Shown one piece after another: positions 39,955-53,465 of a stretch of 64,000 nucleotides of DNA. Location: the NCBI GenBank assembly GCA_002269645.1, contig NIVC01000271.1, positions 124,001-188,000 of the forward strand, in the 5' to 3' direction. Source of the DNA: Macrostomum lignano (Eukaryota). The position numbers and the translations under genes were made by a program. Every line of letters starts with the position of its first letter. The stretch's first letter is position 1. The notes under the pieces are model-generated. The model searched no databases. It saw only the letters and a list, made by a program, of their open reading frames with translations, and was not told the origin of the DNA.

Positions 39955-40510
39955 CAGGATACTGTTTTAAACTACAGTCCAGGTATTCTCAGAGGTCCTT
40001 ATGCAGACCAGACTGTTTTAAACTACAGTCCAGGTGTTCTCAGAGGTCCTTATGCAGACCGGACTGTTTTAAACTACAGTCCAGGTATTCTCAGAGGTCC
40101 TTATGCAGACCAGACTGTTTTAAACTACAGTCCAGGTGTTCTCAGAGGTCCTTATGCAGACCAGACTGTTTTAAACTACAGTCCAGGTATTCTCAGAGGT
40201 CCTTATGCAGACCAGACTGTTTTAAACTACAGTCCAGGTATTCTCAGAGGTCCTTATGCAGACCAGACTGTTTTAAACTACAGTCCAGGTGTTCTCAGAG
40301 GTCCTTATGCAGACCAGACTGTTTTAAACTACAGTCCAGGTGTTCTCAGAGGTCCTTATGCAGACCAGACTGTTTTAAACTACAGTCCAGGTGTTCTCAG
40401 AGGTCCTTATGCAGACCAGACTGTTTTAAACTACAGTCCAGGTGTTCTCAGAGGTCCTTATGCAAACTGGACTGTTTTAAACTCCAGTCCAGGTGTTCTC
40501 AGAGGTCCTC
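39955..40510. repeat. 51-bp minisatellite immediately upstream of the NCS gene
   Basis: About 11 copies of GTCCTTATGCAGACCAGACTGTTTTAAACTACAGTCCAGGT(A/G)TTCTCAGAG. Confidence 0.95.
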
Positions 40511-40707
40511 AGACAACTAGCGGCGGTGCATGCACTAAACCTCCGTCTGATTCAGTAAATTTCTCCCATTTGAGTTGATCTGATTCGTTGAGTTTGTTCC
40601 AATGAAAAGCGTATACGAACTCGTATATTTGTATAACTATTGCTGTGAACTCTGGTGTAGACGCTATTTACTTGATTAGTAACACTGACTCCAATGCTTG
40701 AAAACCA

Positions 40708-43258
40708 ATGGGCAACATCATTGGACCACGTCGGAAGCTGCCAAAAGAGGACATGCAGTTTCTTTTGTCCAATACTAAATTTACGAAGAAACAGATTAAA
40801 CTATGGTATCGCGGATTCACTGTGAGTATAGTGTACATGTAACTTACGAGTTATGAGAACCCCTGGTTCTTGTTGTTTTATTTGACTGGGTGCCATTTTC
40901 ATTTGAGTAGGGTGCCATTTTTATTTGACTGGGTGCCATTTTCATTTGAGTGCAGGGTGCCATCTTTGTTTGAGTGTGGCGCCATTTTCATTTGAGTGCA
41001 GGGTGTCATTTTGATTTGAGTAGGGTGCCATTTTCATTTGAGTGCAGGGTGCCATTTTCATTTGAGTGCAGGGTGCCATATTTGTTTGAGTGTGGCGCCA
41101 TTTTAATTTGAGTGCAGGGTGTCATTTTGATTTGAGTAGGGTGCCATTTTCATTTGAGTGCAGGGTGCCATCTTTGTTTGAGTGTGGCGCCATTTTCATT
41201 TGAGTGCAGGGTGTCATTTTGATTTGAGTAGGGTGCCATTTTCATTTGAGTGCAGGGTGCCATCTTTGTTTGAGTGTGGCGCCATTTTCATTTGAGTGCA
41301 GGGTGTCATTTTGATTTGAGTAGGGTGCCATTTTCATTTGAGTGCAGGGTTCCATTTTCATTTGAGTGCAGGGTTCCATTTTCATTTGAAAGCGGGTGCC
41401 ATTTTCATTTGAGTGCAGGGTGCCATATTTGTTTGAGTGTGGCGCCATTTTCATTTGAGTGCAGGGTGTCATTTTGATTTGAGTAGGGTGCCATTTTCAT
41501 TTGAGTGCAGGGTTCCATTTTCATTTGAAAGCGGGTGCCATTTTCATTTGAGTGCAGGGTGTCATTTTGATTTGAGTAGGGTGCCATTTTCATTTGAGTG
41601 CAGGGTGCCATCTTTGTTTGAGTGTGGCGCCATTTTCATTTGAGTGCAGGGTGTCATTTTGATTTGAGTAGGGTGCCATTTTCATTTGAGTGCAGGGTTC
41701 CATTTTCATTTGAAAGCGGGTGCCATTTTCATTTGAGTGCAGGGTGCCATTTTGATTTGAGTAGGGTGCCATTTTCATTTGAGTGCAGGGTGCCATTTTC
41801 ATTTGAAAGCGGGTGCCATTTTCATTTGAGTGCAGGGTGCCATATTCATTTGAGTGGGGTGCCATTTTCATTTGAGTGCAGGGTGCCATTTTCATTTGAA
41901 AGCGGGTGCCATTTTCATTTGAGTGCAGGGTGCCATTTTCATTTGAAAGCGGGTGCCATTTTCATTTGAGTGCAGGGTGCCATTTTCATTTGAAAGCGGG
42001 TGCCATTTTCATTTAAGTGCAGAGTGCCGTTTTCATTTGAGCGCAGGGTGCCATTTTCATTTGAGTGGGGCGCCCACTTCTACTTGAGTCAGCTGTACAT
42101 CATTAAACCCAGCTGAGCATGAAACTCTGAAACTCATTCCAGCGCGACTGTCCATCAGGCCAGCTGAGCAAGCGGAAGTTTATCGAAGTCTACTCCGGCT
42201 TCTTTCCCGACGGCGACGCCGAGCAGTTCTGCACGCACGTGTTTCGCACATTCGACAAGGACAATTCGGGCAAAATTGACTTTAAAGAGTTCCTGTTAGC
42301 TATTAACATCACTTCAGGTGGCAAGCCGCAGGACAAGCTGGAGTGGGCCTTCCAGATGTACGACATCGACGGAAATGGGACGATTGAAAAGTCTGAAATG
42401 GTTGAGATTATCAAGGTGGGAATTTTTTGGCGTCAGGAAAGGTTTTTGTGTTTCTGACGTGTCTTTGTGCTCCTGATATCTGTCTTGGGGGTTCCTGACT
42501 TCAAGCTTAGTACACCCCTGACATTAATCTTGGTACACTCCTGACATCAATCTTGGTACACCCCTGACATTAATCTTGGTACACCCCTGACATCAATCTT
42601 GGTACATCCCTGACATCAATCTTGGTACACTCCTGACATCAATCTTGGTACACCCCTGACATCAATCTTGGTACATCCCTGACATCAATCTTGGTACACT
42701 CCTGACATCAATCTTGGTACACTCCTGATATCAAGCTTGGTACACTCCTGACATCAATCTTGGTACACTCCTGACATCAATCTTGGTACACTCCTGACAT
42801 CAAGCTTGGTACACTCCTGACATCAAGCTTGGTACACTCCTGACATCAATCTTGGTACACTCCTGACATCAATCTTGGTACACTCCTGACATCAATCTTG
42901 ATACCAAACCCCTGACATCAATCTTCGAGCTTCTGACATAAATTTTTGTAACCGAAATTGGGTGCCATCAACTTTGTTCTCAAATTTTGCACCTGAAGAA
43001 ACCTTGCTTGAGTCTAATAAAAAACCTCAGTGTGGTTTCCACCCGGCAACCTGCCCAACCAAACAGGCCATCTACAGCATGCTTGGCGCCGACGAGTCCA
43101 ACGTGGACATGTCGCCGGAAGATCGAACCGTCGAAATCTTCGAAAAAATGGACGACAATGGCGACGGGGTGCTGTCTCGAGAGGAATTTATGAAGGGCTG
43201 CATGGCGGATAAACAGCTGTACGCTATGCTGCTAGCTGATGAACAGAATACTGAATGA
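40708..43258 (+). CDS. Neuronal calcium sensor (NCS-2/neurocalcin-like EF-hand protein), 3 exons, 192 aa
   Basis: Exons 40708-40821, 42143-42415 and 43067-43258, phase 0, GT-AG. N-terminus MGN (possible myristoylation), LPKEDM.FL..NT.FT..QIK.WY.GF, DCPSG.L, and EF-hand loops [24 protein letters not shown] and [12 protein letters not shown]. Confidence 0.92.
40885..42075. repeat. 22-24-bp minisatellite (AGTGCAGGGTGCCATTTTCATTTG)n filling NCS intron 1
   Basis: About 50 copies with higher-order variant blocks. Confidence 0.95.
42510..42930. repeat. 23-bp minisatellite (CCTGACATCAATCTTGGTACACT)n in NCS intron 2
   Basis: About 18 copies. Confidence 0.95.
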
Positions 43259-43316
43259 CTAAAACTATAGTTTAACATGTGCCCGCATAGGCACATGTTG
43301 ATATTCTCGTTATTCT

Positions 43317-43949
43317 CGGGAATTTCCAACTATCTCATAGTTGGATTCAGATAGATAAATGGCGCTGACGTTAAATGTTAAAAGTTCTAAACATGAGAGT
43401 CCAAGTCGCGCTCAAATATCCTTGTCGTTAAGGATGGAAACCTTCTCCACGTAGTCACCGTTGCAGTTGACGCATTTCTCCCAGCGAATGACCAATGAAA
43501 CAATGGCATGCGCGTACTGCTCCTTGGGAATCGCATAAACAAGGAGGCGCCGAACCTCTTCTTCAAGGCAGTGACGATTGGCGTAGACTCTTAGCAGCTC
43601 CTTCAGCCTCGGAAAAAGACAAAAATTTGCTGGAGAGCAAGGTGGGTGAGGCAGGAGTTCAATCTTAATGCGTCGAATTGCCTCCACTGTCCTTGAAGCT
43701 GTGTGTAGTCGGGCGTTGTCATGGTGGAGCATCGGTGGGTTGATTAAAGTCATTTTCTGTAATCTATACCCAGGGTCACAGTACTAGATTGGACAGAACT
43801 TCTGAATGCCCGTAGATATTTACAAAATTCAAAAACTATGTTATAGATAGCTGAAGCCGCTTTCATTTAACGTCAGCGCCATTCATCTATCTCAGGAATT
43901 CAACTATGAGTTAAGTTGGAAATTCCCACAATACTTTTTGGACACTCCG
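43317..43949 (-). mobile_element. Internally deleted mariner (Tc1/mariner) element with C-terminal transposase remnant
   Basis: Inverted termini of about 60 bp (GGGAATTTCCAACT...AGATAGAT.AATGGCGCTGACGTTAAATG). The right end reads ...TTTTTGGACACTCCG|TA. ORF 43412..43753 has LHHDNARLHT and LLPHPPCSP..F.LF..LK, the mariner D,D34D region. Confidence 0.85.
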
Positions 43950-44754
43950 TATTAAAATCTATATTTTTTTCATCGAAGTCCCGTTTTAGTCCCATTGATA
44001 TATCAATCAGATTCATGCAAATCTAGCAAAATGGCACGTGTATTTCTCGAAAAAGCATACCTTTAAAAATACCTATACATGTATGTATAACAAATTTATT
44101 CGAAAGGTTACGTTTCAAATATAACTTTAAGCTACGTCATCATTGAAAGATAAATTTGACAGACCAAAAATCAACTATCGAACCTAACCTAAAATCTAAG
44201 TTCTAGCCGAAATCACAACGATAACCTAAACCATAATCATAACCTGAACTAAAACCCTAGCCTATAAACCGTAATCCTAACCTAAACCATAGCCCTAACC
44301 TGAGCCATAACCCTACCAAGAGTCAAAATGCTTCCCATTTAAACACACCCTTCGAACACATACTTTTTAATCCACTTACATATACTTTTCATTATTTTAC
44401 AGTTAGCATGTCTCTAAAGAGTTCTGACTTGATTTAGTTCTAAAACACTCAAAACTTTCTCTTGTCTTCTCAGCTTAGCTGCCCGCAAAATTAAATAAGT
44501 CGAATAAGCCGACTTATAAAATGCGTATTAATTTGACTTTCAATGGATAACGCTATTATTTATAACCCCTGGAACCTGGCGCCATTTTAAATAACTTTAC
44601 TTCAACATTTTAATAAGTCTTGTTTATTCAATTAGACGCCTTTCAACTTCAACTTCAAATTCAAATAAACTAGAATGGAGTAAATAAAACATCGATATGA
44701 AAAGTATTGGTGTATTTAGTATTTCTTCATTTCCCACTTGGACCCGACCTACAC

Positions 44755-45230
44755 AAAACTAAAAAAACGTATTCATTCCCCACTTAGGCTGAGCCATAGA
44801 CTAAAGAAACGTATTTATTATCCACTTGCGCTGGGCCATAGACTACAGAAACGTATTTATTATCCACTTGCGCTGGGCCATAAACTACAGAAACGTATTT
44901 ATTATCCACTTGCGCTGGGCCATAAACTACAGAAACGTATTCATTCCCCACTTAGGCTGAGCCATAGACTACAGAAACGTATTTATTATCCACTTGCGCT
45001 GGGCCATAAACTACAGAAACGTATTTATTATCCACTTGCGCTGGGCCATAAACTACAGAAACGTATTTATTATCCACTTGCGCTGGGCCATAAACTACAG
45101 AAACGTATTTATTCCCCACTTATACTGGGCCAAAGACTACAGAATCGTTTTTATTACCCACTTGGGTACGGAAATAAACTACAGAAACATTTTTCTTCCC
45201 CACTCAGGCACGGTAACAGACTACAGAAAT
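44755..45230. repeat. 42-bp minisatellite (TACAGAAACGTATTTATTATCCACTTGCGCTGGGCCATAAAC)n
   Basis: About 11 copies; the source of ORFs 44738..45268 and 44994..45317. Confidence 0.95.
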
Positions 45231-46059
45231 ATCCTTCTACTGCAGTTGTTCATACATTCTACGAGTAGGTACATTCTGTGGTTCTGCAGATACCAGATGA
45301 GCATTGAACACTTTTAAATTATTTAAAACAGCATCTCTAATGGCCTCGGAGTTGGCAGAAATTCAATGATATATAAAACGTGAAAATCTGCATTGCGAAA
45401 AACGCAGTAAAGTTCAGAACTGGTGTGTTTTATTAGGTGTTTTAATTTATGATTTCTCATTTAAATTTTTCAAGTTCTGAAAATTCTATTTGGCCTCGAT
45501 TTTTTGTTATATTTAAGATTGCGAGTTACTCTTTTTTGCGTTTGTCTCTGAATATATCAATTTTTCGTGGCTTTTTATTAGGCCGAACTCGGCACACAGT
45601 TGCACCGATATTTTCTATTAAAACAGTTATGCAAATTTGAGTTAACATAAACTGCTTGGCACTTAAGTGAGAATCTAAACTGCAAAATTTGTTATTCTTA
45701 GGTGGCAACATTACCCGATGATTTAGATATTTTTAGTTAGTTAGGGTCACGGGACTCTGGCGCAGCATGTACACTTCACTGTGCCTTGGTGGTTGGGCCT
45801 CAAGGGCGTCAGTTGCATGACCAAAAAGCCAAGCCGAGATTCCAATTTAGCTTCAAATTAATGTGACTGCACTTGGAAACGAGCCTGGGCCGCTGGGACA
45901 TCAGAGCGTTGCACTAAACCACTAGGCTAGGGCATCCCTAAGTTAGAAAGCGATTCTGTAGAATATACTACTGAATGAATAGTATGATTTTCAAGTTTAG
46001 GATTAAACTGTTTTTTACAACCTGAAGTCCGCGAGGCTGTTGTTCTAAGACTTGGACGC

Positions 46060-46330
46060 TATATGAGCAAAAAACGGCAGGTTGAAGCACCTTCAAGATC
46101 AGAGGCCTGGTCCGTCCATTGCGCCGTCGGCGACTCCAGCTGGCAAGCCGCATCATCCACTCCGAGTCGCATTGCTCACAGCCGGTGCATGACGTCCTGC
46201 TGCCGTGGCTGCAAACAGCCTATACTACCGGAGAGGACAAGGCGCGCACTCGGTATTTTGTTGACTGTCTGTTTGGTCTGTTGTTTGAGTAGGCTCAAGC
46301 TTTGAGGCGTGCCCTGTGTGGCGCTGTTGT
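46060..46330 (+). pseudogene. 3' remnant of an RTE-type non-LTR retrotransposon ORF
   Basis: An unlisted frame reads PLRRRRLQLASRIIHSESHCSQPVHDVLLPWLQ...ARTRYFVDCL. This resembles the post-RT C-terminus RRRL.LAGH..R of RTE-like LINEs (recalled, not searched). It is followed by a (GTT)n-rich tract. Confidence 0.5.
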
Positions 46331-46539
46331 GATTTTCTTTCAAGAAACCTTGATGACAGTGTGAATGTCTTATTATTATTGTTGTTGTCTCTGTTGTTGG
46401 TTTCGTTGTTGTTTTTGTGTTTATTGTTATTTTAACTGTTTATTTGTTGTAGCTTAATGTATATTTCTATTGTTGCTAGTAGTTGTTATATGTTTAGTTG
46501 CTACTGTTGTTCTACTTGCTTGTTCATAGTGTCGTTATT

Positions 46540-46574
<35 letters not shown>

Positions 46575-47097
46575 GCTGTTGATTTTGCTGTTATTGTTGT
46601 TGGATCGGCAAGCATGGAAATGAAGCCATGGAGTTGCCTTTGTAAATTAATATTCACCTGTTCAAGGATCCTACGCACCATGCACTACTTTCAAGGAACA
46701 ATTGCTGGAGATTCAAGTAATTATTACAGCAGCCACATACATTTAGATGCAGAATCATAATCAGCTGAAATATTATTCAAGTTAGGCAGACCGAAAAATG
46801 TTTGTTTTTCAAATTATCTTTGAAATTAAATCTTTAAGTTATTCTACATAGAAATATGAAAATTCTTCAAACACTTGAAATTCGAAGCTACTTCAGCCTT
46901 GGGAAAGTAGATTAATGTAATTATGAAAATAGTGAATTCTTTCGTCTCCAGCAGCATTATTCGGTTCATTGTCGCCCCACGGAGAGAGTAGTCCACAGTG
47001 AGGTTGCAGCTGACCCAGTACCATGCGGCCGCCATCCGGCTCTCAGGACTGCCAGCTGGCTGATAACCTCCAAGCCAGATCGTCCGGCTCTCTGCCC

Positions 47098-47225
47098 GAG
47101 TGAGTCCAAAGCAGGACCGGCTCAAGCTTCAATAGACCAGTCATCGCGTGGCTTGGCTGTGCAAACGTGAGCGATAACTTGTTGCGCGGTCGTTCGTTCT
47201 AAAATAAAAACCTGTAAGCATGTAT
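47098..47225 (+). repeat. Dispersed repeat of about 130 bp, also at 59617-59745
   Basis: Both copies share GTGAGTCCAA..AGGACCGGCTCAAGCTTCAAT..GGCTTGGCTGTGCAAACGTGAGC..TAACTTGTTGCGCGGTCGTTC..CTAAAATAAAAA. Confidence 0.85.
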
Positions 47226-50055
47226 TAGGCCGGATTCTTCACCAACAAAAAAACGCCACTTGCAGGTACGACGGAATTGACATCTTTGGGCCAGGTTGAG
47301 CTGTCAGGTTCGATCAACCTTCAACTTTTGGTAGCCCCAAGCCATGTATGATCTGCGAGCGTATAATTGTAGAAATTCGTAATTTAGCGTTCATGCGCTA
47401 TTTATACTACTCTTTTTGAGGCAGTTAGTAGGCAAGCCGCGAGTTTTAATTGCGATTTTTCAAAATATACCCATTCCAACAAGATTCTCGCCCATGACAG
47501 CCATCCCTTTAGAGTGTGTCCATGTCCGAGGCATGAGAAAGTCAGGGCCACTGTGCACCCTGTGTGTTTGTGTGACTGCGCGCGTATCAGTGTTTGTGCA
47601 TTAGGCATTTCTTGGGACAAGCGTGTATAAACTGACCCGTGCTATTAGGACCAAAAATGTGTTGGGCCAGGCCCAATAAGTGCGTCCCGACACTTCCAAA
47701 AATGAATTCTATTGAAATGAAAAAATATTCATTGGAACCGTCTTTCGATTCTCCTTTCAAAAATCAATGTCATTTTTTCATATTTTTAATCAAACACGGG
47801 GAATCTAATGATTTGCAGTGTCCTAAGAAGTTTAAAAAATTATGCGAACTGATGGTATGATCCAACAGAACAATTGGGTCTCAAATCGGAATTCTCGTTT
47901 TATTACAATATTTCTTACAATATCAAGAAAGTCTACTACAAGTAACAGATAGAGGTTCTCCACAGGGCTGCCAATCGACACTTGAAAGGATCCTGACATT
48001 TGGCATCGTGTTTACTATAAAATATGAAATAATTTAATAAAGATTTAGAATATTACAATCAAGCATACAAACCTTATAGATTTAGTATATTTAGATTTTT
48101 GCATAGAAACAGCTAGCATCTAAATTCATTAGCTTCCAATTTCACTTATACACGAAACATGGAAAATTAAGGTTACATCCGCCTGTGCCCTCGGCCATTT
48201 TAACTGAAATTCTCGTTTTCAGTCAGCTGCATTAATCTATTTGTCATATGTGAATGGGTATTAACTGACTCAAGTTAGTGACTGGAGGCCATTAACGTAA
48301 AGTGACACTTTGAGTGAGGTAGTTTTCCGGTGGAAATTCTCACAGTCTTATGAAGCGCTTTTAGAGCAAAGAAATAAAGGGCAAAGAAAAACTTTGCATT
48401 CCCCAGAAAACCGAGGACGAGTATTAGAGGGAAACGTTTAATCTCTAAGGCTTTAAATGACTTCCTTATTGGCCTGGGTTTGGGCAGCCATACTATGTAG
48501 CAAATTTTTCCTAGAATTATGATAATTATCGTCTGGTATACTGAAAAGTACGGAGATACCAAGAAACTTAAGATGACTGCATGGACTGCTAGCACATGTT
48601 TGAGTGTCACTGTCACTGTAAAGTCGAAATCGATGACTAGTTGGCCCAAAACTACTACTAGGCCTTCCTGAAAAACAATTCTGCTTATCTTGGATCGTAA
48701 AGATAAACCCATGTACAGTGCAGAAGTGTTAGGACAAGCGTGTACAAGACCCAGGCAATCCCTTACCCAGGCCACGTGTACATTCCTATCGCGGCGGGGG
48801 GAAGCGGGGAGGAGAGGCGGGCGCAAGGGAGTCGGGATAAAGTTTACACTGAAGTTGAGGCCTACAAGAGGAAGAGCCAATTCTAACGGAAAGGTACATG
48901 TAGAAGTTCCCTTTGACAAAAGGCGTACTGGCGGTACTGCATATGTTAAAACGAATATAATTCATTTACGAGACCTGCACTACACAGACAAAATGTGCCA
49001 CGTCACAAGAGTTTCCATGCATGACCTGGCATGAAAAGACTTGGCTAGGAACCATTACACATATGTAAGTAGAATTTAAAATTCTTTTTAAAATTTTATG
49101 ATTAAATAAAAACTTAACTGGAATTTACATATGTACTTTTCTAAAATTCCAGATACGTTGATATCGATAAGCTACCGTTTTCTTCTATAACAAACAGATT
49201 TGCCTTCATTGTCAAGTAAGTCTTGTCTCGTACTCGTATATGTCGTATTTTTGTACGTTGAAAAAATAATAAGCAGCCTAGTAATACTCTGAGCTCAGTG
49301 AAATATAAGAGAGGCGGCACGATCACCTTATTTATCAATTAATTTACAACAGCACTACACAGCACTCATAAGTAGGCAAAATTTACACTTCTAGGAAGAA
49401 CAAATTTTACTAAAAGTTTCAATCAAAACATTTAGGAAAGAAATCTCGCATGACACATCGCCCACAGTACTAGAGACTTGGAGAAATACCATGTGAGTTT
49501 GCAGGGCAACTAATATAATATATTACTGTTATAATTCGATAGTCAAATTATTTTTCTACTCAAAGCAGTATTATTACATAACTAAAGAACAGTATAAAAT
49601 GACAGCATTCTAGAACGAGAAACAAAGCTTACTGCAAAGGCAAACGCCGAAAGAAAAGCAGGGCAGAGTCAGCAACAAAAAAGAAGCTCATCTGATTGGG
49701 AAGATGGGCGGTCAGCAAAGAGATAGGATCTCAGAAAATTGCAACTCCCAGTAACTGAAACTTAATTGCAATAAGTGTTTTGTTCTCTAGGGCATTATTA
49801 AAACAAGCAAGCCTGCCTGCAGTCAGCTAAGGGCAAAGTAAGTTGCTGCGGCACTATCGAGAAAGTGAAATTTGTACATACTCCATCTAACTGACACAAG
49901 CAGCACCGTTGGGACAAACTACGAGTATTTTAATTGTACAGTAAAATTTCATTGACAATGAAGCATTTATTAGAACAGCGACATTTAAATCTGTTTTCAA
50001 ACAAATCAGACAGATTTCTCAATAAGTGATTTTTCTTTTATGCGCTCACGCACAG

Positions 50056-50860
50056 GTTCATCCGCATTCAAACTCGCCGCTGCATCCGTCATTTGGTTCA
50101 CTTGCTGCTCACAAGCCGCAGCAGCAGCAGCAGCAGCAGCAGCCGCTATCCGTGCAGGCAGTCAGTCTATTTGTGAATTTTCTGGTGGATCTGAAGAAAA
50201 CCCGTCCGGCACAGGATTAAAGAGAAAGAGACGATCTGTTTTGGGTGAGTATTATCTGCTGTAGAAGTATTGTACACCAGAGTACTTGTGTTACTTGGTA
50301 GAGCACAATTCAAAAGCAATGCAACAATCTCAGTGGCATTGTTGGGACACAAGCTACAAACGCAATGAATAGTAAACACAGCCCAGCCTAGCTCAAGGCT
50401 AGTAATTTGTTGGGCATTTATTGGGACATTGCAGCCAGGCCTATTTTTTGAACAGCATTTGTTGGGTCGCACTTATTGGGTGTTGCGACTTTCCTAGTCA
50501 TTTCTTAGTTCACCTTCACTTGTCTCTGTTTACTCTGTTTTCTCTCTCTCTCTCTCTCTGTCTAGCTCAATCTTGATAATAATTGGGACAATACTGATTC
50601 TAATCGCGACTACTTCTGAGTTCTGACTTTTCAAAACAGACCCAGCATTAGTTGAACACGTTCTATTAAAGGGTTCCTTTATAGCCTTTTAATGATTACT
50701 AAGGCAAGCCTATCTTAATTGATTTCTTTTCCTCGCAGATTCTGAAGTCAGCCACGCCAGCGACATGCCTAAGAGACAAGAATGCGCTTTAACGATCAGC
50801 AGCGAGCATTCTGATCTCACCGCTGCATCCGTCATTTGGTTCACTTGCTGCTCACAAGCC

Positions 50861-50893
<33 letters not shown>

Positions 50894-51502
50894 GCTATCC
50901 GTGCAGGCAGTCAGTCTATTTGTGAATTTTCTGGTGGATCTGAAGAAAACCCGTCCGGCACAGGATTAAAGAGAAAGAGACGATCTGTTTTGGGTGAGTA
51001 TTATCTGCTGTAGAAGTATTGTACACCAGAGTACTTGTGTTACTTGGTAGAGCACAATTCAAAAGCAATGCAACAATCTCAGTGGCATTGTTGGGACACA
51101 AGCTACAAACGCAATGAATAGTAAACACAGCCCAGCCTAGCTCAAGGCTAGTAATTTGTTGGGCATTTATTGGGACATTGCAGCCAGGCCTATTTTTTGA
51201 ACAGCATTTGTTGGGTCGCACTTATTGGGACAATACTGATTCTAATCGCGACTACTTCTGAGTTCTGACTTTTCAAAACAGACCCAGCATTAGTTGAACA
51301 CGTTCTATTAAAGGGTTCCTTTATAGCCTATTAATGATTACTAAGGCAAGCCTATCTTAATTGATTTCTTTTCCTCGCAGATTCTGAAGTCAGCCACGCC
51401 AGCGACATGCCTAAGAGACAAGAATGCGCTTTAACGATCAGCAGCGAGCATTCTGATCTCGCCGCTGCATCCGTCATTTGGTTCACTTGCTGCTCACAAG
51501 CC

Positions 51503-51535
<33 letters not shown>

Positions 51536-52144
51536 GCTATCCGTGCAGGCAGTCAGTCTATTTGTGAATTTTCTGGTGGATCTGAAGAAAACCCGTCCGG
51601 CACAGGATTAAAGAGAAAGAGACGATCTGTTTTGGGTGAGTATTATCTGCTGTAGAAGTATTGTACACCAGAGTACTTGTGTTACTTGGTAGAGCACAAT
51701 TCAAAAGCAATGCAACAATCTCAGTGGCATTGTTGGGACACAAGCTACAAACGCAATGAATAGTAAACACAGCCCAGCCTAGCTCAAGGCTAGTAATTTG
51801 TTGGGCATTTATTGGGACATTGCAGCCAGGCCTATTTTTTGAACAGCATTTGTTGGGTCGCACTTATTGGGACAATACTGATTCTAATCGCGACTACTTC
51901 TGAGTTCTGACTTTTCAAAACAGACCCAGCATTAGTTGAACACGTTCTATTAAAGGGTTCCTTTATAGCCTATTAATGATTACTAAGGCAAGCCTATCTT
52001 AATTGATTTCTTTTCCTCGCAGATTCTGAAGTCAGCCACGCCAGCGACATGCCTAAGAGACAAGAATGCGCTTTAACGATCAGCAGCGAGCATTCTGATC
52101 TCGCCGCTGCATCCGTCATTTGGTTCACTTGCTGCTCACAAGCC

Positions 52145-52180
<36 letters not shown>

Positions 52181-52790
52181 GCTATCCGTGCAGGCAGTCA
52201 GTCTATTTGTGAATTTTCTGGTGGATCTGAAGAAAACCCGTCCGGCACAGGATTAAAGAGAAAGAGACGATCTGTTTTGGGTGAGTATTATCTGCTGTAG
52301 AAGTATTGTACACCAGAGTACTTGTGTTACTTGGTAGAGCACAATTCAAAAGCAATGCAACAATCTCAGTGGCATTGTTGGGACACAAGCTACAAACGCA
52401 ATGAATAGTAAACACAGCCCAGCCTAGCTCAAGGCTAGTAATTTGTTGGGCATTTATTGGGACATTGCAGCCAGGCCTATTTTTTGAACAGCATTTGTTG
52501 GGTCGCACTTATTGGGACAATACTGATTCTAATCGCGACTACTTCTGAGTTCTGACTTTTCAAAACAGACCCAGCATTAGTTGAACACGTTCTATTAAAG
52601 GGTTCCTTTATAGCCTATTAATGATTACTAAAGGCAAGCCTATCTTAATTGATTTCTTTTCCTCGCAGATTCTGAAGTCAGCCACGCCAGCGACATGCCT
52701 AAGAGACAAGAATGCGCTTTAACGATCAGCAGCGAGCATTCTGATCTCGCCGCTGCATCCGTCATTTGGTTCACTTGCTGCTCACAAGCC

Positions 52791-52823
<33 letters not shown>

Positions 52824-53432
52824 GCTATCCGTGCAGGCAGTCAGTCTATTTGTGAATTTTCTGGTGGATCTGAAGAAAACCCGTCCGGCACAGGATTAAA
52901 GAGAAAGAGACGATCTGTTTTGGGTGAGTATTATCTGCTGTAGAAGTATTGTACACCAGAGTACTTGTGTTACTTGGTAGAGCACAATTCAAAAGCAATG
53001 CAACAATCTCAGTGGCATTGTTGGGACACAAGCTACAAACGCAATGAATAGTAAACACAGCCCAGCCTAGCTCAAGGCTAGTAATTTGTTGGGCATTTAT
53101 TGGGACATTGCAGCCAGGCCTATTTTTTGAACAGCATTTGTTGGGTCGCACTTATTGGGACAATACTGATTCTAATCGCGACTACTTCTGAGTTCTGACT
53201 TTTCAAAACAGACCCAGCATTAGTTGAACACGTTCTATTAAAGGGTTCCTTTATAGCCTATTAATGATTACTAAAGCAAGCCTATCTTAATTGATTTCTT
53301 TTCCTCGCAGATTCTGAAGTCAGCCACGCCAGCGACATGCCTAAGAGACAAGAATGCGCTTTAACGATCAGCAGCGAGCATTCTGATCTCGCCGCTGCAT
53401 CCGTCATTTGGTTCACTTGCTGCTCACAAGCC

Positions 53433-53465
<33 letters not shown>

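Noticed and set aside
44170-44320. Degenerate (TAACCY)n-like stretch as an interstitial telomere
   Set aside because: Too degenerate; there is no run of perfect TTAGGG units.
48275-49034. ORFs of 214 aa (minus) and 114 aa (plus)
   Set aside because: No recognisable motifs, non-ATG or weak starts, and no supporting splice structure.
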